Shown here piece after piece: positions 1-9,578 of a stretch of DNA of 25,486 nt. Within the stretch, counting starts at the first letter, position 1. Every line of letters starts with the position of its first letter. The notes beneath the pieces were generated by a model. That model worked only from the letters and a program-made list of their open reading frames with translations. It did no database searches and was not told the origin of the DNA. The DNA comes from a virus (lineage: Duplodnaviria; Caudoviricetes), in IMG/VR virus record IMGVR_UViG_3300029183_000043, positions 1-25,486 of that record; one strand, written 5' to 3'. The position numbers were made by a program, and so were the translations under genes.

Positions 1-2135
1 TGGCTAAGAAAGATAAGAAATCAAAAGTAGAACAACTCTACAATAAACCAGTTAAGAAGACTTCAGGTACCACCGAAGAAGATCGCGGCGTTCTTAAAGT
101 GGCTCGTGAACGTGCTCGTGATGGTGCTACTTATTGGAAAGATAATTGGGAAGCGGCTGAAGATGACTTGCTTTTCTTATCTGGCGAGCAATGGCCTTCA
201 CAAGTACGCACTGAGCGAGAGCTTGAACAAAGACCTTGCTTAGTTAATAACGTATTGCCTACCTTTGTTGATCAGGTCCTTGGTGATCAGCGACAAAACC
301 GCCCAGCTATCAAAGTTAGTTCAACTGAAGTTACTCGTGTTCCTGATGCTGAAACCGGGGAAGATACGACACTTAAAATATCTAATGTGGCTGGTAAGAA
401 CGATTATGAGCTTGCTGAAGTGTTTACCGGGGTAATTAAGAATATTGAATATAACTGTGATGCTGAGACTGAATACGATATTGCTTTTCAATCCTCAGTT
501 GAATCAGGCATGGGTTATTTGCGTGTTCGTGCTGATTACTTGGCAGATGATAGCTTTGAGCAAGATTTACTTATTGAGGCTATTCAAAATCAATTCGCCG
601 TAACTATCGACCCTAACGCTAAGAAGCGTGATAAGTCTGATATGAACTGGTGTTTAATTGATGACACTATGGAGAAGGAAGCATTTAAAGCAATGTACCC
701 TGATGCTATTGCTGATCCTGTTTATGAAGATAGTGTTGCTGATTATGGTACTTGGTTTACTGAAAAGACTGTTCGTATAAGTGAATACTTTACTCGTGAG
801 CCAGTAACCAAAGAAGTAGCCCTTTTGAGTGATGGCCGTTCTTTCTGGCTAGAGGAGCTTGAGCCGATTGTTGATGAATTGCTTGAAGCTGGTATTTCAA
901 TTGTTCGCACTCGCAAGGTAAAAACATTTAAAGTTTACTGGCGTAAGATTACCGGGTGTGATGTTCTTGAAGGCCCTATTGAAATCAAGTGCTCAACTAT
1001 TCCAGTTATCCCAGTTTGGGGTAAGTCATTGACAATTAAGAAGAAAGATATATTTCGTTCTATTATTCGTCATAGTAAAGACGCTCAGCGCATGGCTAAC
1101 TATTGGGATAGTGCCGCCACTGAATCAGTAGCCTTAGCGCCTAAAGCGCCTTTTGTTGGTGCTGAAGGTCACGTTGAAGGCCGTGAAAATGAGTGGGAGA
1201 ACGCCAACACTACTAACCAAGCTATCTTAACTTACATTCCTCAGTATCAAGGCGACCAAGGGCCACGAAGAGCGCAAGCCGCTCAAACACCAGCCGCCGA
1301 AATTACTTTAGGTATGAACTCAACTGAAAAGATTAAATCAACACTTGGTATGTATGACGCTTCGCTTGGTGCTATGGGAAATGAAACTTCAGGCAAGGCA
1401 ATCATAGCAAGACAGCGACAAGGTGATCGTGGTTCATTTGCTTTTATTGATAACTTAACTAAGGCTATTCGCCGGGTTGGTAAAATACTGGTTGAAATGA
1501 TTCCTTATATTTACGATACAGAGCGCGTTGTTCGCTTGAAGTTCCCTGATGAAACTGAAGACTTTGTTAAATTGAATGAACAAATATTTGATGAAGAGTC
1601 TGGCGAGTGGGTAACTATCCATGATCTAGGTGTTCAGAAATATGATGTTGTTGTTACTACTGGTCCAGCTTTCGCAACTCAACGAATAGAAGCCGCTGAA
1701 GCAATGATTCAATTTGCTCAAGCTGTTCCTTCTGCTGCTGCTGTTATGGCTGATCTTATTGCTCAAAATATGGATTGGCCCGGTGCTGATGTTATTGCTG
1801 AGCGATTGAAGAAGATTGTACCGCCTAATGTATTGACCAAAGACGAGCGCGAAAAACTTCAAGAAGATATGCCTGAACAAACTGAGCCAACGCCTGAACA
1901 GCAACTTCAAATGAAAGAAGCTGAAGCAACAAATAAACAGGCTGATGCTAAAATTGCTCAAGCTGAAGCTGATATGTTTGAAGCTCAACTTGATACCGAT
2001 GAAGCTAAGAAGAAGTTAGCTATGATTGAAGATATGGCTGAAGGTGGTAGTGTTGTTTATCAGCAAGTTAGAGAGCTTGTAGCTGAAGCAATCGCAGAAA
2101 TTAGCGCAAGTCAAGCAAATGTGACAGAGCAATAA
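1..2135 (+). CDS. Portal protein, P22 gp1-like (start probably 1 nt before the window)
   Basis: The frame is open from the window start: (A)TG GCT AAG AAA... gives MAKKDKKSKVEQLYNKPVKK, in frame with the GTG ORF at 99. Portal-like motifs include FLSGEQWP, RPCLVNN, SGMGYLRV, IPVIPVWG, KDAQRMANYW and ETSGKAIIARQRQG, followed by a C-terminal coiled coil. First gene of the head module. Confidence 0.93.
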   Translation, partial: AKKDKKSKVEQLYNKPVKKTSGTTEEDRGVLKVARERARDGATYWKDNWEAAEDDLLFLSGEQWPSQVRTERELEQRPCLVNNVLPTFVDQVLGDQRQNRPAIKVSSTEVTRVPDAETGEDTTLKISNVAGKNDYELAEVFTGVIKNIEYNCDAETEYDIAFQSSVESGMGYLRVRADYLADDSFEQDLLIEAIQNQFAVTIDPNAKKRDKSDMNWCLIDDTMEKEAFKAMYPDAIADPVYEDSVADYGTWFTEKTVRISEYFTREPVTKEVALLSDGRSFWLEELEPIVDELLEAGISIVRTRKVKTFKVYWRKITGCDVLEGPIEIKCSTIPVIPVWGKSLTIKKKDIFRSIIRHSKDAQRMANYWDSAATESVALAPKAPFVGAEGHVEGRENEWENANTTNQAILTYIPQYQGDQGPRRAQAAQTPAAEITLGMNSTEKIKSTLGMYDASLGAMGNETSGKAIIARQRQGDRGSFAFIDNLTKAIRRVGKILVEMIPYIYDTERVVRLKFPDETEDFVKLNEQIFDEESGEWVTIHDLGVQKYDVVVTTGPAFATQRIEAAEAMIQFAQAVPSAAAVMADLIAQNMDWPGADVIAERLKKIVPPNVLTKDEREKLQEDMPEQTEPTPEQQLQMKEAEATNKQADAKIAQAEADMFEAQLDTDEAKKKLAMIEDMAEGGSVVYQQVRELVAEAIAEISASQANVTEQ

Positions 2136-2155
2136 AAAAGGTTTATTATTAGTTT

Positions 2156-2179
2156 AACCCTACCAGTGGGGTTCACTGG
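2156..2179 (+). promoter_or_regulatory. Structured element in the scaffold gene leader
   Basis: Stem CCAGTG (2163-2168)/CACTGG (2174-2179). The loop GGGTT is complementary to AACCC (2156-2160). No U-tract. Lies about 20 nt upstream of the AGGA Shine-Dalgarno. Confidence 0.4.
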
Positions 2180-2208
2180 GCTAAAATTCGTATTATTTAG
2201 GATACGCC

Positions 2209-3141
2209 ATGACTGACGAAGTTACACAAGACGAAACTGCTGGTTTTGTCACAACATCAAGCGATTTACCAGAAGTTCAACCTGAGTCACAGGAAGAGCA
2301 GACACCAACGGAAGAGGCCACTCCTGAAGTTGATGCCACTGAAGACAAGGGAAAGCAAGAGGAAACTCCGGCTGATGAACCTGAGAAAAAGCAAGATGAC
2401 CCCGGCACCGATACCGCCGCCGACACTGAGAAGGCTAAAAAGTCTAACGGTGTTCAAAAACGTATTGATAAAGTAGTAAGGGAACGTGAAGAAGAACGCC
2501 GTAAAAGTGAAGCCTTACAGCGTGAACTTGATGAACTGAAGAAGGGTAAGCAACAAAAGCCTGAAGAACAAGCTGAAGTAAAAGAGCCTGTTGAATCTGA
2601 TTTTGATACTTACGATGAATATCTTGATGCTTTAGACAAGTTCGATAAGCAACCTGATCAGAAAGTTGAGAAGGAAACCGACACTGATAAGGAAGATAAG
2701 CAGACGCAAGCTGATGAAGAATTGACTGGCTCGCAGAAGACGGCCTTGGCCATTACACAAGAACGTGTTGCTTCTGCCGAAAAGCCTGAAGACTTTGAAG
2801 CTGTTGCGCTTAACCCTGAGCTTCCTGTAACTGGTGAAATGCTTGAAGCATTAGCTGAATGTGATAACCCGGCAAAGGTTATGTATCATTTAGGCCAGAA
2901 CAAGGATCTTGCTGCTGATATTGCTGGTCAATCACCAGCTCAACAAATGCGAGCAATCGCTAAAATTGATCTGACGGTGACGAGCAAACCGCCGAAACCG
3001 ACAAAAACAACTAACGCGCCGGATCCTATTAGTCCTGTTGGTGGTAGTGACGCACAAGAGAAGTCTGTATCAGATATGTCTTTTGCTGAATACGAAGCCC
3101 ACATGAATAAGAAAGAGCAAAAGCGCAAATCATCTTGGTAA
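2209..3141 (+). CDS. Capsid scaffolding protein
   Basis: Between portal and coat; highly acidic and low-complexity, with coiled coil VQKRIDKVVREREEERRK and C-terminal APDPISPVGG...MSFAEYEAHM; AGGA Shine-Dalgarno. Confidence 0.88.
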   Translation: MTDEVTQDETAGFVTTSSDLPEVQPESQEEQTPTEEATPEVDATEDKGKQEETPADEPEKKQDDPGTDTAADTEKAKKSNGVQKRIDKVVREREEERRKSEALQRELDELKKGKQQKPEEQAEVKEPVESDFDTYDEYLDALDKFDKQPDQKVEKETDTDKEDKQTQADEELTGSQKTALAITQERVASAEKPEDFEAVALNPELPVTGEMLEALAECDNPAKVMYHLGQNKDLAADIAGQSPAQQMRAIAKIDLTVTSKPPKPTKTTNAPDPISPVGGSDAQEKSVSDMSFAEYEAHMNKKEQKRKSSW

Positions 3142-3156
3142 TTAGGAGAAGCTATC

Positions 3157-4410
3157 ATGGCTGTTCAAAATAACAATCTCTTAACAGATGACGTAATCGC
3201 AAAAGAAGCGTTACGCCTGTTAAAAAACAACTTAGTTATGGCTAAGTGTGTATATCGTAACTATGAAAAAACTTTTGGTAAGGTTGGCGATACCATTCGC
3301 TTGAAACTTCCTTATCGCGTTAAGTCTGCCAGTGGTCGAACATTGCAGAAACAACCAATGGTTGATCAAACCATTCCATTTAAAATTGAATACCAAGAGC
3401 ACGTTGGCCTTGAGTTCACTGTTAAAGATAAAACTTTAGATATTACTCAGTTTTCTGAGCGTTACTTGAAGTCTGGCATGGTTCAAATTGCTAACCAAAT
3501 TGACCGCTCTTTAACTATGACGTTGAAGAAAGCGTTCCACTCTTCAGGTACTCCGGGTGTTCGTCCGGGTGCGTTTATTGATTTTGCTAACGCTGCTGCT
3601 AAGCAAACAACTTACGCTGTTCCTCAAGATGGTATGCGCCACGCCGTACTTGACCCGTTCACTTGTGCTTCATTATCTGATGAAGTAACCAAGCTATTTA
3701 AAGAAAGCATGGTTGAGCAAGCTTATAAGATGGGCTATCGCGGTAAAGTTTCTGAGTATGACACTTATGAATCTCAAAACTTACCTAAGCATACAGTTGG
3801 TGATCACGGTGGTACTCCGCTTGTTGCTGGTGCTGTTACTAATGGCGATACTGTTGCCTTTGATGGTGGTACAGCTTCAACAACTGGCTTCTTGCTTGCT
3901 GGTGATGTTATTACCTTTGCTGGTGTGTTTGGTGTTAACCCTCAGAACTATGAAACTACTGGCTTGCTTCAGGAGTTCGTTGTACTTGAAGACGTTGATA
4001 CTGATGGTGCTGGCGCTGGTTCAATTAAGATTTCTCCAAGCCTTAATGACGGTACAGCAACAACAACTAACGCCGCTGGTGACACTATCAGCTTAAAGGC
4101 TTACCAAAATGTTACAGCTCTTCCGGCTGATAACGCGCCTATTACGGTTCTTGGTGCTGCCAACACAACTTACGAGCAAAACTACTTGTTCCACCGTGAC
4201 GCTATCGCACTAGCAATGATTGACCTTGAGTTACCTCAGTCAGCCGTTATCAAGTCTCGTGCCGCTGATCCTGAAACTGGTTTATCGCTATTAATGACCG
4301 CTGCTTATGATATTAATGAGCAAACGGAAATTACTCGTATTGATGCCGTATGGGGTGCCGATATGATTTATGGTGAGTTAGCTCTTCGTTTATGGGGCGC
4401 TGCTGCTTAG
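3157..4410 (+). CDS. Major capsid protein, P22 gp5 family
   Basis: N-terminal NNLLTDDVIAKEALRLLKNNLV, KVGDTIRLKLP, insertion-domain-like LLAGDVITFAGVFGVNPQ, C-terminal RIDAVWG; AGGAG Shine-Dalgarno; followed by a terminator. Confidence 0.95.
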   Translation: MAVQNNNLLTDDVIAKEALRLLKNNLVMAKCVYRNYEKTFGKVGDTIRLKLPYRVKSASGRTLQKQPMVDQTIPFKIEYQEHVGLEFTVKDKTLDITQFSERYLKSGMVQIANQIDRSLTMTLKKAFHSSGTPGVRPGAFIDFANAAAKQTTYAVPQDGMRHAVLDPFTCASLSDEVTKLFKESMVEQAYKMGYRGKVSEYDTYESQNLPKHTVGDHGGTPLVAGAVTNGDTVAFDGGTASTTGFLLAGDVITFAGVFGVNPQNYETTGLLQEFVVLEDVDTDGAGAGSIKISPSLNDGTATTTNAAGDTISLKAYQNVTALPADNAPITVLGAANTTYEQNYLFHRDAIALAMIDLELPQSAVIKSRAADPETGLSLLMTAAYDINEQTEITRIDAVWGADMIYGELALRLWGAAA

Positions 4411-4427
4411 TAGTTAACCCAAGTTAT

Positions 4428-4453
4428 AAAGCCCGGCACTAGCTGGGCTTTTT
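4428..4453 (+). terminator. Rho-independent terminator after the coat gene
   Basis: AAA-GCCCGGC-ACTA-GCTGGGC-TTTTT: 7-bp stem with one G-U pair and a U-tract. Confidence 0.85.
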
Positions 4454-4492
4454 GGGTGAAAGCTTTCAACAACATTTAAAAGGTAATCCTTC

Positions 4493-5029
4493 ATGGAAAA
4501 AGTAATAAATCCAAAAAAAGCAGTATTCTTATTTAATGCCTATCACCCTAAAGGTGAAATGTTCACACTTACTCAAGAGCAACTTGAAGCTAAGCTTGAA
4601 GATGGCTGGTTTGATACTCCGGCTCGTTTAGATTTACCAGAAGATAACGACACTGGTTTAACCGAAGAGCAAGTTTCTAACGCTCGCCCTGAAGACTTAG
4701 TTAAGCTTGTTGAGTCATACGGGTTTATCGTTTTAACGCCTGAGCAACTTAAAGCAGAAGCTAACAAGATGGCTGAAGCTGCTTTTAACCCGGCTAACTT
4801 AACTGATGAAGCAATCATTGAAGAAGCTGAGCGCCGTGGCTTAAAGCAATCTGATGAAGGTGCTGACGAACTTAACGCTTTACTTGACCGCTTCAATGAA
4901 GATCCTAAGTCTCTAAACAAAGAAGAGCATATTATTTTAGGTAAGTCACTTGGCTTAACTCTTCGTTCAAACTTTGGTGAAGACACTATGATTGCCAAAA
5001 TTACTGAAGCTTTAAACGAGGCTGAATAA
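4493..5029 (+). CDS. Accessory protein with Rho-N/HeH-like helical modules
   Basis: Between coat and adaptor. N-terminal LEDGWFDTP resembles small post-coat proteins of P22-like phages. C-terminal LNKEEHIILGKSLGLTLRSNFGEDTMIAKI has a helix-extension-helix pattern. Confidence 0.6.
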   Translation: MEKVINPKKAVFLFNAYHPKGEMFTLTQEQLEAKLEDGWFDTPARLDLPEDNDTGLTEEQVSNARPEDLVKLVESYGFIVLTPEQLKAEANKMAEAAFNPANLTDEAIIEEAERRGLKQSDEGADELNALLDRFNEDPKSLNKEEHIILGKSLGLTLRSNFGEDTMIAKITEALNEAE

Positions 5030-5030
5030 C

Positions 5031-5780
5031 ATGGCTACTACGGTAGGGGATATTATCAGAAGCGCCATGCGTAAAATTGGCGTTCTAGCCGCTGGTGAAC
5101 CCCTGCCAGCTAATGAAGGTGACGATGCTTTAGTTGTACTTAGACAGATGGTTGACGCTTGGAACAATGAAACCTTGCTTATTCCAGTTGTCGGCGTTGT
5201 CGCTTTCACTCTTATTGGTGATCAGTCTGAATACACTATTGGTAACTATCCTGAACCGTTGCCAGTTCCACTACCAGACAACCATATTGAAACGGCTCGC
5301 CCTGAAAGAATTATCGCGGCGTTTATTCGTGATCAATATCAAACCGATTACATTCAAGAGATTATTGACGTTAAAACATTCTCTCGAATTAGCCGTAAAA
5401 CTAACGCTTCTCGCCCTTCTCGCTTTTATATTCGTGAAGGTTGGCCACTAAATACCATTCTTTTTGAATCAGTTCCTTATGATGGCGAAACACTTCACCT
5501 TGAAGTTATCCAGCCATTAAGTGAAATACTATCAACCGCTTGCTTAACTGACGTTGTTAACTTGCCACCGGGTTACGAGCGAGCACTTATATTTAACTTG
5601 TGCTTAGACTTGGCTGACGAATGGGGTAAGACCGTTACAGCTTTAATAGCGACCAATGCCGTTGAAGGTAAGAAGTGGCTTAAACGTAATAACTACCGCC
5701 CTCTTGTTCTTGGTATGGATAGAGCTGTTGCCACACAAAGAAAAGGTATTGGAACATATATTATTGAACAGGGGCCTTAG
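5031..5780 (+). CDS. Head-to-tail adaptor, P22 gp4-like
   Basis: TVGDIIRSAMRKIGVLAAGE...DDALVVLRQMVDAW and LPPGYERALIFNLCLDLADEWG; synteny. Confidence 0.85.
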   Translation: MATTVGDIIRSAMRKIGVLAAGEPLPANEGDDALVVLRQMVDAWNNETLLIPVVGVVAFTLIGDQSEYTIGNYPEPLPVPLPDNHIETARPERIIAAFIRDQYQTDYIQEIIDVKTFSRISRKTNASRPSRFYIREGWPLNTILFESVPYDGETLHLEVIQPLSEILSTACLTDVVNLPPGYERALIFNLCLDLADEWGKTVTALIATNAVEGKKWLKRNNYRPLVLGMDRAVATQRKGIGTYIIEQGP

Positions 5781-5782
5781 TA

Positions 5783-7159
5783 ATGGCGCAAATTCAAATA
5801 CCGCTAGCGGCTAATACTGCCGAGCAAGATATTTCAGGTAATGAGTTACTTGTTAATGTTTACCCACGCAGAAGTACGGGCGGAAAGTACCCTTTTAATT
5901 TAATTAACACACCGGGATTGGCGTTCTTCTTAGAGCTTCCAACTTTCCCGGTTAAAGCTCTTCATCAAAACGGCAACAAAGCTTTCGCTGTTACTCCGAC
6001 AAAGTTATATGAGATTTTTAAAGATGGAACTTACCAAGAGCTTGGTGATGTTGATCTTTCTGGAAGGATAGTTATGGAGGATAACGGTTCTCAAATCGTT
6101 ATTGTTGATGGCTTCAAAGGATATTACTACGACACTTCGACAAATGAGGTTAAAAAAATAACTTCTGAAGGTTTTTACCCTGCTTCAACTGTTACTTATC
6201 AAGATGGTTACTTTATATTTGACAGGAAGGGAACGGGGCAGTTCTTCATATCTAATTTACTTGATGTTTCTTTTGACCCGTTAGACTTCGCAACCGCAGA
6301 GGGGCAACCAGATCCTTTAGTTGCTGTACTAAGTGATCATCGTGAAGTGTTTATGTTTGGAACAGAAACAATTGAGGTTTGGTATAACTCTGGTGCGGCC
6401 GACTTTCCTTTTGAGCGTAACCAAGGTGCGTTTATCGAAAAAGGGTGTGGTGCTCGCTATACGGTAGCCAAACAAAATAACACGGTTTACTTTGTTGGCT
6501 CTGACTTGATGGTTTATCAAATGACAGGTTACACGCCTGTTAGAATTAGTTCTCATGCGGTGGAAAAGACCCTTAAAAATATAGATTTAAGTGATGCTTT
6601 TGCTTACACCTACCAAGATGAAGGGCATTTATTTTATGTGCTAACAATACCTAAACGCAACCTTACTTGGTGTTTTGATATTTCAACTGGTGCTTGGCAT
6701 ATTCGCCAAAGCTACCAGTTTGGAAGGCATCAATCTAACAACGCTATTTTCTTTGATTCTAAAACTTTAGTTGGTGATTTTCAGAATGGACGAATCTATC
6801 AAATGGCTGGTGATTTTTATACTGATGATGGCGAGCCTGTTATACGAGAGTTTGTGTTGCCAACGGTTAATCAAGGTAGAGATTTTTTAACAGTTGATAG
6901 TTTAGAGTTTGATATGAGTTCTGGTGTTGGGTTAACTCTTGGCCAAGGGGAAGATCCTGAGTTAAGAGTTTACTTCTCAAAAGATGACGGCAACACATAC
7001 AGCGAAAACTTTAAGGTTGGAAAGATAGGTAAGAAAGGTAATTTTTTATCAAGGGCTAAAGTAAATAGGTTTGGTTGCGCTCGACAATTTACTTTTAAAG
7101 TAGAAATATCAGATCCTATACCTATTGATATAGGCGGCGCATGGATAGAGGCTAGATAA
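5783..7159 (+). CDS. Tail hub / packaged DNA stabilization protein, P22 gp10-like
   Basis: 458 aa, beta-rich, with TYQDGYFIF, FATAEGQPD, FGTETIEVWYNSG, YQDEGHLFYVLT and SKDDGNTYS; synteny. Confidence 0.9.
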   Translation: MAQIQIPLAANTAEQDISGNELLVNVYPRRSTGGKYPFNLINTPGLAFFLELPTFPVKALHQNGNKAFAVTPTKLYEIFKDGTYQELGDVDLSGRIVMEDNGSQIVIVDGFKGYYYDTSTNEVKKITSEGFYPASTVTYQDGYFIFDRKGTGQFFISNLLDVSFDPLDFATAEGQPDPLVAVLSDHREVFMFGTETIEVWYNSGAADFPFERNQGAFIEKGCGARYTVAKQNNTVYFVGSDLMVYQMTGYTPVRISSHAVEKTLKNIDLSDAFAYTYQDEGHLFYVLTIPKRNLTWCFDISTGAWHIRQSYQFGRHQSNNAIFFDSKTLVGDFQNGRIYQMAGDFYTDDGEPVIREFVLPTVNQGRDFLTVDSLEFDMSSGVGLTLGQGEDPELRVYFSKDDGNTYSENFKVGKIGKKGNFLSRAKVNRFGCARQFTFKVEISDPIPIDIGGAWIEAR

Positions 7160-8286
7160 TGACTGATATGACAACTAAAAGAGATCCTAAAAACCTAGTG
7201 TCTCAGCCTCCGTTAACAACCCCGTTGTTAGATCAAACGGGGCGAGCGTCTAGGGCTTGGGCTATTTGGTTTAGGGATTTATATGTTCGTACAGCATACA
7301 AGGGAGGCAATGCTATTGATAACAATATTGAAACACTTGATGAAGTTATTGCTCAGGTTTTAATTAATATTGAAAACATAGCAGATAATAAAAGCGCTAT
7401 TGAAGTTAACGCTGAAAACATAGAGCAAAACAAATTAGATATAATCGCAAACACTGAAGCAATAATTCAGAATGCTTTAGCTATTGCTGAAAATTCTGAC
7501 GATATAGCTGATAACGCTGCCGCCATTGCTCAAAACGTGATCAATATAGCTGTAAATGCTCAAAATATTTTAAACCTTGAGTTTAGGGTTTTTGGTGGTT
7601 CAAGACCGTCACCTTATAGTCAGACTTCTGGATATTTGTCTGGTGACTTTATTGTTAACCCTTCTAATGATCCTCAAAGTTATTATCGTGCTATTGATGA
7701 TATACCAGCGCCAGCCGGATCATTTAACCCAACCCTGTGGAAAAAGGTGTCCTTAATAGATAATGATGCTTATATTGAGTTAACTCGCGATCAAGCTAAA
7801 GCCGCCTTTGTTGCTGCTGGCTATGGCGGTATTGGTGTTGATGCTGTCAAAGCGATAGGGACGATTAATTCAACATTTCAAACTCTTGAAGGTTTTGATA
7901 CTGATCTTATAGCAACGCCTCTTGATGTTACTTACGACAAAGCCAATCACGGTGTCGAGCTTGATAGGCAGGGTATTTGGGAGTTCACGTTAAAAATAAC
8001 TTTAACTTTTGATGAAGTTAATGCCGGCCGTCAAATTCAATTTAGATCTTACAACGCGACAACCGCAACACCGGGCGGAACAGTTTTTAATTACTTTGTC
8101 GGGAGAAATCAAGCAGGGGTTAATATTCCTCTTACTATTGCCATTGATTTACCACCAGCAAACGTAGGAGATTTAATTCAACTTCAAGTAGGTAGTGCTT
8201 CTGATACTTTTACTAATTCAAGTAATATCGGTACTATTTACCAAGTTAAGCATATATCAGAACGTAAAGAAGATTTAGGGGCATAA
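7159..8286 (+). CDS. Tail needle, gp26-like, with extra C-terminal domains
   Basis: Directly after the gp10-like gene (TAATG overlap). Long Ile/Asn heptad coiled coil (NIENIADNKSAIEVNAENIEQNKLDIIANTEAIIQNALAIAEN), then beta-rich globular domains. Confidence 0.75.
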   Translation: MTDMTTKRDPKNLVSQPPLTTPLLDQTGRASRAWAIWFRDLYVRTAYKGGNAIDNNIETLDEVIAQVLINIENIADNKSAIEVNAENIEQNKLDIIANTEAIIQNALAIAENSDDIADNAAAIAQNVINIAVNAQNILNLEFRVFGGSRPSPYSQTSGYLSGDFIVNPSNDPQSYYRAIDDIPAPAGSFNPTLWKKVSLIDNDAYIELTRDQAKAAFVAAGYGGIGVDAVKAIGTINSTFQTLEGFDTDLIATPLDVTYDKANHGVELDRQGIWEFTLKITLTFDEVNAGRQIQFRSYNATTATPGGTVFNYFVGRNQAGVNIPLTIAIDLPPANVGDLIQLQVGSASDTFTNSSNIGTIYQVKHISERKEDLGA

Positions 8287-8847
8287 ATGAAAGAATCAAA
8301 TGTAGAAATGAGCGAAGAAAAATCACTGGCCTTAGTTAAGGCTGTTTCAGTTATTGCCACTGAAGAACGCCGTCAAAAGCTTAATCAGTTGGAAACAGCT
8401 ATGTTACAAGAAGAGCAAGTTGCCATTCCTGTTGATCACCGTTTTAGTGGTGGTATTTATGCTCGTGAAATAACAATACCAAAAGGAACTTTGTTAACTG
8501 GGCGAATCCATAAGTTTGATCACTTTGATATTATGCTTAGTGGCGATATTACCGTTTCAACTGATAACGGAGAAGTTAAGCGTCTTACTGGTTTAAATAT
8601 TATGGAAGGTAAGGCTGGCAAAAAACGAGCTGGCTTTGCTCACGAAGATACACACTGGATTACTTTTCATTGTGCTGAAGAGCGCGATCCTGAAGAAATG
8701 TATGAGTTTTTAACTTGCGGTTCATTCCAAGAGTTAGAAGAATTTAATGTAATGCTTGAAAACGCTATAGCGCAAATAGAGCACGATGAACAAGTTTTAG
8801 CTGATCATGCTAAGGCCATTTGTTCTAAGGGGGAAAAATGTCAGTAG
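8287..8847 (+). CDS. Cupin-fold protein at the P22 gp14 position
   Basis: HRFSGGIYAREITIPKGTLLTGRIHKFDHFDIMLSGDITV...GKKRAGFAHEDTHWITFH fits a double-stranded beta-helix pattern with several His residues. Confidence 0.65.
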   Translation: MKESNVEMSEEKSLALVKAVSVIATEERRQKLNQLETAMLQEEQVAIPVDHRFSGGIYAREITIPKGTLLTGRIHKFDHFDIMLSGDITVSTDNGEVKRLTGLNIMEGKAGKKRAGFAHEDTHWITFHCAEERDPEEMYEFLTCGSFQELEEFNVMLENAIAQIEHDEQVLADHAKAICSKGEKCQ

Positions 8848-9578
8848 TTGCCGCCGCAGTAGTAGGCTCAGCAGTAGTAGGGGCTTATTCAGCAAACAAA
8901 GCAAGTAAGGCTCAAGCTAAATCGGCTAAAGCTGGTATGGCCGCTGAAGAGCGAATGTCTGAAAAGAATTTAGAATTTCAACGTGAAATGGCAGAGCAGC
9001 AACGTGCTGATTTTGCACCTTGGCGTGAGGTTGGACAGCAAGCATTAGATCAAGTATGGAAAGGTGTTCAATCTGGTGAGTTCGACCCCGGAAAATTTGA
9101 CCCAAGCAAAATAGATTTAAAGCAAGACCCCGGTTACCAGTTTAGGTTAGAGCAAGGAACTGAAGCTTTAGACAAGTCAGCAGCAGCTAGAGGGCGTTTA
9201 TTGAGTGGCGCCCAACAAAAAGCTTTAACTGAATATGGTCAAGGAGTTGGCAGTGAAGAATATTCAAATGCTTATGCTAGGTATGCTGATCAATATGCGA
9301 AAGAAGCCAACAGGAAAAGACAAAAGTTCAATATACTTTCTGGCTTATCTCAGGGCGGTCAGTCCTCAGCCGCGGGGCAATCACAAGCTTCTAGTCAACT
9401 TGCTCAAACTGGCGGCAATATCATGGCTCAAACTGGACGCGCTCAAAACATAGCGCAACAAAATGTCGGTGCTGCTCGTGCCAGTGGTTACCAGAATCAA
9501 GCCCAAGTTGTAAACCAAGCCGCTCAAAACTGGCTTACTTACAAAATGATGGCTCCAAGTACAGGAGGCGCAGCATAA
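8838..9578 (+). CDS. DNA ejection protein, P22 gp7-like
   Basis: Hydrophobic Ala/Val/Gly N-terminus, PWREVGQQAL, DPGYQFRLEQG...SAAARGRLLSGA and a Gln/Ala-rich tail; synteny. Confidence 0.85.
   Translation: MSVVAAAVVGSAVVGAYSANKASKAQAKSAKAGMAAEERMSEKNLEFQREMAEQQRADFAPWREVGQQALDQVWKGVQSGEFDPGKFDPSKIDLKQDPGYQFRLEQGTEALDKSAAARGRLLSGAQQKALTEYGQGVGSEEYSNAYARYADQYAKEANRKRQKFNILSGLSQGGQSSAAGQSQASSQLAQTGGNIMAQTGRAQNIAQQNVGAARASGYQNQAQVVNQAAQNWLTYKMMAPSTGGAA

Noticed and set aside
99-101. GTG at 99 as the portal start
   Set aside because: The frame is open to the window edge, where (A)TG GCT AAG gives a more plausible start.
3713-4096. Alternative-frame Leu/Val-rich ORF in the coat gene, and similar + strand shadow ORFs (2246, 5134, 9235, 9996, 10772, 13448, 13919, 15146, 15992)
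   Set aside because: These are the expected by-product of T-ending codon bias in the real frame; no recognisable motifs.
4390-4420. Coat-protein read-through or frameshift extension
   Set aside because: Tandem TAG TAG stops followed by a terminator; no slippery site seen.
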